From Trichoplax sp. H2 (Eukaryota): DNA of 53,905 nt. Position numbers and translations under genes: made by a program. The stretch lies in contig NOWV01000310.1 in the NCBI GenBank assembly GCA_003344405.1, positions 1 to 53,905 of the forward strand. Reading direction: 5' to 3'. How positions within the stretch are numbered: the first letter of the stretch is position 1; each line of letters begins with the position of its first letter. Below the pieces are notes generated by a model. It was given only the letters and a program-made list of their open reading frames with translations, was not told the origin of the DNA and ran no database searches. Below are positions 41,922-53,300 of this stretch, in pieces.

Positions 41922-43427
41922 TTTGCTGTAAATATATGCCACTTAGAAGAAGGCAAATATAATATTGAAATCGATCGGGATCAATAGTACTTGTAGATAT
42001 CGCTAGAATTTTATAGAAAACTCGTGTATAATAAATAAATTATCGCCAGATTAAGATTACCAGATAGATGGAATATTACTGCATTTACATATAATGAATT
42101 TATTATTGTGACGGAGAGTTCGAAGAGTCTACGGACGTGGAAACTTTAGCCATTTACAATAATTACACGAGGGGTGTTTACTACAAAAAGGAATATTTAT
42201 TGTAGAGAATAACTAAGCTACAGTACAGTGTGGTAGTTACTGGAAGATCAGCGTGTAAGCTATGGTAAAGTAGCGTGTGTAGATACTACACTAACAAGTG
42301 CAAACTAACAAATCTGAGGTAGAAATCATCAGTATTAATAGATTAAGATATGGAACACATGCAGAGAACAGGATTGTAGAATTAGATATGACATTTACCA
42401 TAAACAGATAAAGTAATAGCAAATGATTGTAGGAAACAGCTAAGACTGTAGGATAGACCTATAGTGTAGGTTCTATAAATAACTAAGCATAACAAGCTAT
42501 ATTTGAGTATAGTTGAAATAGATTGCAAAACTATCTATATTCGGTACGATACAAAATGTCTACAGTTAAGAATATGGTAAGACTACAGTAAAATCTAATA
42601 AACATTATAATTATGATAGTATATAATGAGTTTATTCCTCGTAATTGAAGAATCTATAATCAATTTAAAAATCTGATGAAAAGTTAAGTAGATTCGATAT
42701 TAAGTAACGTATATTAAGTGAGCGTACTATACAATTTAACCTTGTAGCTATCAGGGGTCCTCACTTCCTTTAAAAACTCCCCGCTTTTATACCATCGGCG
42801 GGATTATATGCAGTACCGTCCGTCACCAGTTGAGAAAATACAGTAATTGTATATTGTTAATTCATCATGGACGAGCATTGGTTCATGACTAGTATTCCTT
42901 GTATTCCTTACTGTCAATAACATGTCAATAATAATATAGAGAATAACAATCCTAGAATAAAAATATTTTCAGTTTTCTTCAATTTTATTTGTACGGACTT
43001 TGAACGCTATAGCGACGTGTGAGAGGTATAGCTGTATACCATATCATTAATTCAATTTTTTTGCAAATAACTGGAATTCCAACTCTTTTATTGCAACAAA
43101 TAAATAATATTGTTACAAGTATTATTATTTTAAATATACATATATCACAGCAGTATAACGTAAATATAAAGTATTCCATAGATGTAGTTGACCATGGTAG
43201 GAATGTTATCGTCATTGAAGGAGGACCATCCTCTTATTTTTGCTATGCTATTCTTAAGTGTCAATTATCCAATAGATTGGTCGCAGTTCTATTTCACAAT
43301 ATTTGCTTTAGAAATCGATGGAAGATTAGAGTAACTGAGTTGAGTGCAATGGCGGTAAAATATCGTATCTAGATCCCGATAGATATGAACAAGTTATTCA
43401 AAAAAAAATATATAATATAATAAAACC

Positions 43428-43764
43428 AAGCAGGCATTGATTCTCTATCATCGTAGATCAAGTTTTCAGATTTGCCTTCAATGATAAGCATGCTATTAAG
43501 TAACAAAAAAATACACACAGCTATCAACCATTCGTAAACAGTACCCGTAGTGAAGGCTTAAGGCTGATGGACACACTGCTGACTAATAAACAAAATTAAG
43601 CAGGCACTGATTCTGCATCATGATCGATCAAGCTTACAAATTCAGTCTTGGTAATGATCATGGTATTAAAGGAGAATTAAACTACAGTACAAGCAGCAGC
43701 AATCAATCCTTCGTAAACAGCAACTGTAGTAGAAAATAAGTGCCGATTGACACACTCTCGACTA
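43428..43764. repeat. Diverged two-copy tandem duplication (~160-170 bp)
   Basis: Copy 1 from 43428: AAGCAGGCATTGATTCT...GATCAAG...TTCGTAAACAG...GACACACT..GACTA. Copy 2 from 43598: AAGCAGGCACTGATTCT...GATCAAG...TTCGTAAACAG...GACACACT..GACTA. Confidence 0.75.
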
Positions 43765-44051
43765 GTTATAGAACTCTTTAATCCAAAGAATCGTAATAAT
43801 ATCATTTCAAAAATGGACGCATATAGTAGGGAAAACTATCGAATTGATTAATGGATGAAGAGCAAATTTACAGATTAGAATACAAATAATTTATAATAGA
43901 ATATCAAAAACACAACTTAAGATGATTAAAATTCAAGCCTTACTACTCAATTCAATCAGCAATAAAATGATCATCATAGTGGATGAAATATCATCGATTA
44001 CTCTCTTAATTGACTTTAACATTAGATTAGTAATGTTGTAAAATACAGTCT

Positions 44052-45674
44052 TTAGCCCGATATCTGTAAAATATTAATAAAATCTTTCCTTTTTGCTATC
44101 TTATGGCAGTAATTCTTTTCGAAAATATTATAAGTATTGGAGCACTTCTTATACTCTTGATAATAAAATTCCTTGGCCAATTCGGTGTCTACATCGGTAC
44201 CATAACCATGTTCATAAAGTATACCACGATGATAATCGCGTAAACTACGACGACCACTTTGCTCGCTTAAAGCTGACTTAAAATAACTTTCAGCGGTAGA
44301 ATAATTATAGAAATGGCGATAGCGTTGATTACTATACATTTTGCCAAGTCGGTAATGAGCATAGTTATAATTATCGTCATCCTGGCTTGCTTTAAGATAC
44401 AGTATCTCAGCAATTTGAAATGATGTCAAAGATAGACCTTTCAACTGAATTTTCCTTTTTTCAAACATCTTGCCGAGGCGTATTAAAGCTTCACTAACAC
44501 CTAAACGAGCTGCATGAGAATAGAAATGTGCCGCAACAACATAATTATGTCGAGTTTTATGCAGCATACATTCATAGATATAACCTAAGTAATAAGCGGC
44601 CATTTTTTGACCTTCAAAATAGGCAAAATCAGTACTCACAACAGCCAATTTTAAATAATTCATTGCTACAGGTATATTTTTAGTGACACCTCCAACACCA
44701 TGAAAATAAAATATAGCTAGAAAGAAATAGGTTGTAGCAAAGCCAAGACGTGATGCTTCACGAGCATAATGATAGCACCAAGCAGCTTTAATTTGATATT
44801 CCTGACTAGCTAAAGTTAATTCGTCAAAATGGCTTGCAACAATTAGAAATTGAGCTATAGGATGGTGATCGTCAGCAGCTTTTTGTAAAAATTCATTACT
44901 ACTGGCAACATCTTTATCCACTCCTGTTCCAAATTTATGCATCATACTGATGTTGAAATCAGCCGATGGACAGCCTAAATCCGAGGCAATCAGGTAGTAA
45001 TCCATTGCTTCTTTGCCGCGTTGTGAATCAACTTCACTGACTGATAATAACGTAACATAACCTAATCGATTATAAACACTTCCAATATACTGATTTTGTG
45101 TAGCATCGGCACCTGTAAATGCTGTTAACTGATCTAAGAGTTCATTTTTAATTTTATTCACATTTATCGACCACATCGTTAAGCCGCTTTTCATACCATC
45201 CACTAATTCATCATCTGCTCCACAAAATAATACACCCTGCGATGCAGATCGAATATACATATTGACTTTGTATTCTATTAAATCATCATATAAGATATTC
45301 TTCTTTTTGATACTACCGTTTTGATCTTTCAAATTATATCGATTGGATGGATGTTTACGAGTTTTCACTCCTTTGCCTTTCTGATCCGAAGTGCAATTCA
45401 ATAATTGGCATAATAAATACTCAGCAACAGGTTGGTGCCTATCTGCTGCCTTTTGGTAATGATACCAAGCTCTCCTATGACATTTTTTAGTCGATCCAAG
45501 GCCATTTTGATAAATTCGACCTAGGTTACAATGGGCATGAGGACAATTCATTTCGGCAACCGATATCAAATATTTCCTTTTAGCTTTATCATATAATTGC
45601 TTGATTAGATTATCTTGATAACAGGCCTCTAAAATGAGTCCTTCGTCAATATCTTTGGATACTTGATGGCCCAT
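44052..45674 (-). CDS. Sel1-like repeat (SLR) protein, 540 aa, single coding exon
   Basis: Uninterrupted ORF with multiple SLR motifs (AHCNLGRIYQNGLG...AWYHYQKAAD; ADFNISMMHKFGTGVDKDVASSNEFLQKAAD; LAIFYFHGVGGVTKNIPVAMNYLKLA; GILYEHGYGTDVDTELAKEFY). N-terminus MGHQVSK. Confidence 0.9.
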   Translation of the reverse strand: MGHQVSKDIDEGLILEACYQDNLIKQLYDKAKRKYLISVAEMNCPHAHCNLGRIYQNGLGSTKKCHRRAWYHYQKAADRHQPVAEYLLCQLLNCTSDQKGKGVKTRKHPSNRYNLKDQNGSIKKKNILYDDLIEYKVNMYIRSASQGVLFCGADDELVDGMKSGLTMWSINVNKIKNELLDQLTAFTGADATQNQYIGSVYNRLGYVTLLSVSEVDSQRGKEAMDYYLIASDLGCPSADFNISMMHKFGTGVDKDVASSNEFLQKAADDHHPIAQFLIVASHFDELTLASQEYQIKAAWCYHYAREASRLGFATTYFFLAIFYFHGVGGVTKNIPVAMNYLKLAVVSTDFAYFEGQKMAAYYLGYIYECMLHKTRHNYVVAAHFYSHAARLGVSEALIRLGKMFEKRKIQLKGLSLTSFQIAEILYLKASQDDDNYNYAHYRLGKMYSNQRYRHFYNYSTAESYFKSALSEQSGRRSLRDYHRGILYEHGYGTDVDTELAKEFYYQEYKKCSNTYNIFEKNYCHKIAKRKDFINILQISG

Positions 45675-47303
45675 ACTCTCTTCTCTATGACTTCTTTAAA
45701 TTACCATTGAATAGAAAAGCAATTATTTTCTCTCTTGGAGACTAATTTTAACATATGTTTATCAAATTTAATGGTTATTGCTGGTACCAGGTAACTAAAA
45801 ATTGACACAGCTTCAGTAGAGTCTATTTTTTTTCTTGTAATATTTGAATTAATTGAAAATGAAGAGAAAAGTAAAAGTGATATCGTTAAGCTTTTGGCAT
45901 AGTTAAAAATAAAGCTGTCAATAGAAATAATCAGTAGGTAAGAAAGATTTTAAACGTATCGTTGGCTTTACCGTTGAAATGATTAACTGAAATTGACCAA
46001 TAATCCAGTCTCATTATTGTAGTACCAAGCAATAACGCCAACTTTAAGGTTATTTATGCAATCAAGATACTAAACTATTCATGGCTGATTCTAGGCTAGC
46101 TCTTCAATCGGGTTTATAATGAATGATTCTTTCCGTGGTACGTTGCTGCAGACTTTGTTAGTGGTTAAAAGTCGTACAGGAACTAGCTACTGCATAATTT
46201 GTATGGTGATTACTACAGTAGCAAGATTTTTCGTCTAAATTGCTACTTAATAGAAGAAGCTAGTGAACATATAATAAGTATACTACATTACAGTGTATTT
46301 ATGGTGAAATGAGCACATAACTACAAGAACAATTCTTGAAAAACTCTAGTGGATTAATTTACATACGGCATACATTACATAGTGTAATATCACTGTTAGA
46401 GATACTAGTAGCATATGTTGGCTTAAGAACAGCTAAATTCCATTTATGGCACTGATTCAAAGAGACAGCGACAACAGGTGGACTTTGTAATGTTATTATA
46501 CAAGTATTGTTTAAATTACTAATATCAACGGTATTTACAGTTGAACAGTAAACAAATTAGAGCGCCACGGACGAAATTATCACCACGAAATGATATCGTC
46601 CATTGTCAAATTATATTTGCGTTACAGTTCTTCTTGTTGATAAAGTATCGCAATGATAATGATGGTTACAATTAGTTGTTGGTATAAAATATATGAAACA
46701 TACGCTTACAATGCTACAATTTACTAAAGCAAAATGACTACCCCAGGGCGACACCCTAATATTTTATTCAATAGGTGATAAAGATTTCTCTCGTTACCCT
46801 TGCAAATGTTATATCAAACGGTACGGAATTCATTTTTATCGCACATGTACACTATATACGTACGCATACTATAGTACATCACCTGCTTTTCTTACCATAT
46901 ATATTTTATTTGCCTTGTAATTATTTTAGAGCTACAAATTATAACAGCAAAATATAATAACCTATATGTAAACTCTAACATTACAGATACTTCATATTGC
47001 TGATGCAGTAGCAAATGCTTGAATTAATAATTATTATAATCAAACATCCTAGCATCACTAGAATTACGTAAGTATCCTACCACATATATGCTAGCTAGGT
47101 GTAATCATTTCAATGAGAAATAGATAACGAATTCTCGTTACAAGTATTTCTACTTTTAATTAAACAAGACAAAAGCCATCTCTAAATAATCTAGGAAGCT
47201 CTCTAGTACATAGATTAATTATATAAACTAAATTATTTATCTGCCTAATAATCAGGAAAAACAATTTTAACCAGTCTTCTATCATTTAAAATTGAGTAAA
47301 TCG

Positions 47304-50300
47304 CTAATGATTAGCATGATTACATTCTAAGCAAGAGCACGCCGTTGGATAGCCTATTTCTTTTTCTATTCGTGATCCATCTTGGCAATAGAACGATACA
47401 ATTTGCGTTCTCATAGACTTAGATTTGCAACATTTACAATTGGTTACTTCATACGGAAATACTGGTTGAATGCTCGTGGTTGATGCACAAACACCTTCAC
47501 AATAATTATAAGTTATTCTATCCAAAGATTCGCAACTAATTTCGCCTCCGGTGGCGTTGTACTTGTACGAGATAAAGGCAGTCTTGTTCTTGACGTCGCA
47601 AATTTGAACCGTTTTCGCTGTATATGAAAATAAATCATCACGTGTTACTATGATAACTCAATCAAAACACAATTAATGTAATTAACAGAAAATGATGAAG
47701 GGTTAGATTAACAATAACTATATGAAAATACGACTAAGACTAATAACTGAGTAATAAACCTAGACTCGAATTTATAAGGTTGAATAACAATGGTCAAAAT
47801 AATAGCTCTGAGAGTATAATTAACATACGTTGTTCAGCACAAAATTGTGGGCAACTATTAGACGAATTTGCTGGAGCGACTTCAATTTCACCCTAAGAAA
47901 ATACAAATAAGCAATTAATGTCTTAATATTCAAAAGAATTAACATAAGTTAATCAATTCATCTATGAATACGCTGTCAAATAAGAGATCTGAGCTTACAG
48001 GTTTGCAATGCAGATTCTTGCATGTGCTGATGCATTTATAGTGACCACCATAACATGTACACAACAAGTTATTGTCTTGCCTATCTCTGAATTTTTGATT
48101 ATTCTATATGCAAAGCAATAAGGAAAAATTTTAAGCAAACTAAAGCTTATACCTCTAAGATAAGTTTCACAAACCTCATATCTTATGTTATCCATGTAAC
48201 AAGGGCAATTCTTTGGAAGAACGCATTTATCTATGTCTAATACGTAGCCGGGCTTGCAGAAACAACCAGAAGTGCAGTTCTGTTGACACATCAATGGTTC
48301 ATGTTGATTCTCACAAGTTGGTTGACAAGCAATACCGCATGTACGGTATTCCATGTTATTTCCGCAAGCTAATATGACAATAAAATAAAATTTGTTACAA
48401 TTGCAGGTAAAATCAAACAAGTTATGAATTTAACTATAATTTCTATCTACTATATTGTAGTAGTAGCTAAGTATTATAACGTACAGCATGTGGCAGCATT
48501 GCATTTTCGCTTTTCAATATTAGAACCCTCACACGATTTACCACCATTCTGAGGTAAGGGATTATTACATGTTCGAGTCCTAGATTGTTCACCATCACCA
48601 CATGTCTTGGAACACTGAGACCACAGGCTCCAACTTGACCAACCACCAGATACTATAATTGATCAAGAAATTAGAATAAAATAAATTTTTCAGTGAAAGC
48701 GAAGGATTAAATAGGTCTATTCACCGATATAATGTTGTGATTTCAAGATAGAGCTAATTGTTCAATATTAACTTTAGGACTACAATGTTTACATTGAAAT
48801 TTTAGCGAGTAATAAGCTTACTTGAGCACTTTCCGTTAGGTACGCAATCAATTCGACCAGAAATACATGTACAATTGTTGCAATTAGTATCAACGAATGA
48901 ACCGGGCATAAGCGGCTGCACATCAGAAAGTAGATTTTGTCCATTCATAGCGGCATAATGAGGAAGTTGTTCCATTTTATTGAACTGATTTAACTCAGTC
49001 TTGTTATACAAACACTTGCACTGGGATGATTGAATGCAAGTGCCATCTTGGAATACCATACCGTCCGGGCATTTACATACGTATTTCTCCGTACAGCGTT
49101 TAATTCCTTGTACATTTGGATTTAAGTCATCGCAAGTCAATACGAAAGAGTCCTTGCAAAGAACTAAAGCTGCTCCTCCTTCACATATTTGGTTATTGCA
49201 TAAGATATTTGATATACAAGAGCGCTTTTGGTAGCTCGCAGCAGTACATTTTTTGCCATCATTAATTGGCTCAGTCTTGTCACGCTTTCGGTATTCTAAT
49301 CCGTTACACGGGTGAGAACAATTACTCCAAGCAGACCACTGACTCCATTTGCAATCTACAGGACAAGCATCTAGAGAACAAGATTTTGTTTCAATAGCGT
49401 TGCCAATACAATCATTACCATTGGCTGCAGGAGCGGGATTGGTGCAAGATCTTACTCTTGTATTTATTCCACTACCACAGGTTACACTGCAAGATGACCA
49501 CTTACTCCAGTCAGACCATCCTCCATTTGTCTGACATTGCGCACTGCAACTAAATTTACCGTTTACACATGTGCAAGTATGGCAACCAACGCTGACGGCT
49601 GCTCCAGGTTGAAACAAATGTGAAGTTAGGTAACTAACGCTTCTACTAGTTGAGTCATAGACTATATGTACGTTATTAACAGGTATATCAGGGTGACTGC
49701 CGATGCTAAATTGACATTTACAAGCTGATTGCTTAACGCATTGTCCATCTTGATATAAAAGTCCCGGCATACAAGACCGACAGCCTTTGACGCAGCTGCT
49801 ATTCTTGCATACTACGCCTTCTCGAATATCATCACATGTGCTATAGCAAGAGTTAGCGCAATCTGATTCTAATTTTCCGCTAGCTATGCAAGGCTCTATA
49901 GTAAAGATATTATACACATATTAATGAATATATGCGCAGAGCTTTTAATTTACATTAAAACGATATTTCATTTAAATAAATCGTAAATTGTAAATTTTTA
50001 CATATAAAAATAAGACATGTACAACATCTCTTACCTAGGCATCGAGCAGAATTACAGGATCGTCGCTCTATTTTACCAGAAACGGATGTTTCCAGGCATA
50101 CTTTGCCACCATACTTCGGAGCAGGATTATCACAAGTTCGCATTCTACTTTGGTATCCGCCACCACATGGTTTTGAGCATGTTGACCACGAAGTCCAACT
50201 TGACCAGGCGCCATCTACAGGACAATTAGTAAGCGGACAATTCTGGATTTCATGATTTGGCCCTAAGCACCCTTCACCATTGTCTTGCGGCTTTGGATTA

Positions 50301-53300
50301 TTGCAGTACCTATACCTTATTTTCTTAGCGTTTACACCACAGGTTTCAGAGCATTTGCTCCAGGCAGACCACAGTGACCAGCCACCATTCACTGGACATG
50401 ATAAACGCCCATTTTGGCATATACAATTTTTACCATTTATTAATGCACTCTTATCTGCATCGATTGTAGTAATTACTCCACTATTATTAGCGTAACATGC
50501 ACATTTGGTTATGTGAACACAAATACCATTTTGTACTACTTGTCCTGCTGGACATCTACAACCTGGTGTACATTCCGGAGCACAGAAGACTTCAGGATTT
50601 GAACACGTTGCTGGGCATGGAGTTCCACAATTACTATACACCATTCCACCTGTACAAGAAGAACAGTTCTGGCTATTACATGATTCCCAGTCAGTAGCTT
50701 CACCGGTACAACTAGCAATTTCACAACCACCGGGGACAGAATTACAATTACGCTTTCGCTCACGAATTCCACCACCACAAGTTACTGAACACGTTGACCA
50801 CTCGCTCCAAGTGTCCCAAATTCCTTCAGGACAGCAATTTGTATTGCAGTAATCAACCAAGGAATCATTTTGAATATTATAGTGGAGAGGGTCTAGACAC
50901 ATACGATACTTTCTGCGTTCTCCAGTACCGCAAGTTTTACTACAACTGGACCACCCGGACCAATGGCTCCAAACTGAACACATTTCAGAACTGCAAATCT
51001 TATCGTTACAAGTTTTAGTTTCCAGAGAGCTTCCCTTACAGTCAATTCCATTAGTACTTGGAGCAGGATTATTACAGAAACGAGCTCTTCGTTGAGATCC
51101 ACCTCCGCAAGGTTTACTACATTCCGACCATGGCATCCAACTTCCCCAGTTACCATCAATACAAGTCGAAATATTACACCTCTCTCTCGGTACTAAAGGA
51201 TCAGTTGTATAACACCATGGACCTGTCGGTGAATTATCAGGGTTTCTGCAGTAATTGTGATTGCCAATGCCACTACACTGCGAGGATGAAGATTCAGTTT
51301 TCCATAAGGCACACAATCTTCCTGATATGGTTACACTTACTGTTCCTCTATAGTTACTACCAGTTCCTCTGTAGCACGTGTCTGTACTGCTACCAGGACA
51401 TTCTGCCATTTTACATACACCGGTCTCGACGCTATGGCCGCCACAAATTTTACCTCCATTCTTTGGTTGTGGATTTTCACAAGTTCTATAACGACGTCTA
51501 ATCCCTGTTCCACAAGTTACACTGCAAACACCCCAGTCAGTCCATCTCGTCCAATTACCATCAACTGGACAAGGGAGTGGTGTACATTGCCATTTTCCGC
51601 TATTGCAGACACATGTATTACATCCGCTACTGACAATAGCTCCTGGATTCGCTTTTCCCTGCAGTGCGCTGCTATTATAATGAACGTCGCTGGGTAAGCT
51701 TGCATACGAACACTTGCACTCACTACGTTCAACACAAACTTTATCCTGTAATACTTGCGATCCTGGACACTTACAACCACATTCCGCTAATCCTTCTACG
51801 CAATTAGTACCAACAGCAAGATCTTCACAAGTTCTGGGACATTGGTTAGGGCAACTTGTCCTAATTAGACTGCGGCCATAAACATCGCAGCGTTGGTTAC
51901 ACGGCGCAGATTGACAGTGCATTCGTTCCGTATGGCTTCCTTTACACGGCTCTCCTCCATTTGCTGATGGAGGATTATTACATAATCGGTGTCGCGTCTT
52001 CACACCACCATCACAACACTCTGAGCAGTTGGACCATAAGCTCCATTCACCCCACTGTCCGTTCTGTGGGCAAGCATGTCTAAAGCAATCCCGAGTCATA
52101 ACACTTGGCCCATCGCAGCACCCAATATTCGACTGCTGCACCGGATAAGTACATGTTCTATACCTCTTTTCAATTCCAAGACCACACGTTGCATTACACA
52201 TCCCCCAGTGAGACCATTCCGACCAATGCGGACCCGTTGTGCAAACATTATTCGTACAGGACAGTTTGCCGTCAATGCAATCGCAGTAGTTACATTTGTC
52301 GTCTTTAAAAATGCGAGAACCCGCAGGATACTTGTTACCTTTGTAGGAGCACGGGCAATTTGCAACTGGAGTACAAGATCCGTTATGTAAAACATAGCCA
52401 TTTGGACAGTAACATCCCGTTGAACAGTTACTTACGATACTGTTCAGATTGCTATTTTGTAAATCTTCACACGTAAAAGTATTACTAGGAGCACAATTTA
52501 AGTTGACAGATCCAGATTTACAACCACCCGGGCAAGGCTGAGCATTACAGTACTTAGTTTCTATTCGATGGTCGTTACATTCATTCTTCTTAATATTTCC
52601 GGACGGCCAGACAGGTTCACGATGCCGTGTTGATATTCCTCCACCGCAACTTGCAGAGCAAGAGGTCCAAAAGCTCCATGATGACCAACCACAATCTACT
52701 ACACAAGCATTCATTCCGCAATCTTCAAATTCCCGGGATGAACCTTCACATGCCTTTCCATCCCCTTTAGGAGAAGGATTTGTGCATGTTCGACTGCGAT
52801 ATCTAAATCCTCCACCACAAGTTGCATTGCATGGTGACCATGTTGTCCATTTCGACCAACCGCCATCGCGTGGACAAGTCTTATTGGTGCATCTAAATTC
52901 GCAATCGCAGCACCTACATTCGTTGCAATCAAATTTGAAGACCGTACAATGTGGATGTTCCTTATTTATAATGGTAGCATTGAGCGATAATGCCAAAGAT
53001 GTGATATTACGGAGTACGCAAGGACAATCACAGTATGAACTAGGTGGCTTTGTTGAAGAAGGAATAACAGAAACAGGCTGGGTATAAGGAGCTGTAGTTT
53101 GTGTACTTATATTCCAATGCCAGGTAATAGTAGTTGGTGTTGGTGATGTAGTCGGCTTACTTGTACTCGGCGTAGGTGTAGGAGTTGTTGTTGGCTTACT
53201 CGTACTAGGTGTGGTCGTAGGTTTACTCGTGCTAGGTGTTGGAGATGTTGTAGGCTTACTCGTACTCGGTGTAGGAGTTGGAGTGGTTGTAGGCTTACTC

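Noticed and set aside
49034..53087. Many short plus-strand and alternate-frame ORFs
   Set aside because: Shadows of the long minus-strand SCO-spondin-like exons.
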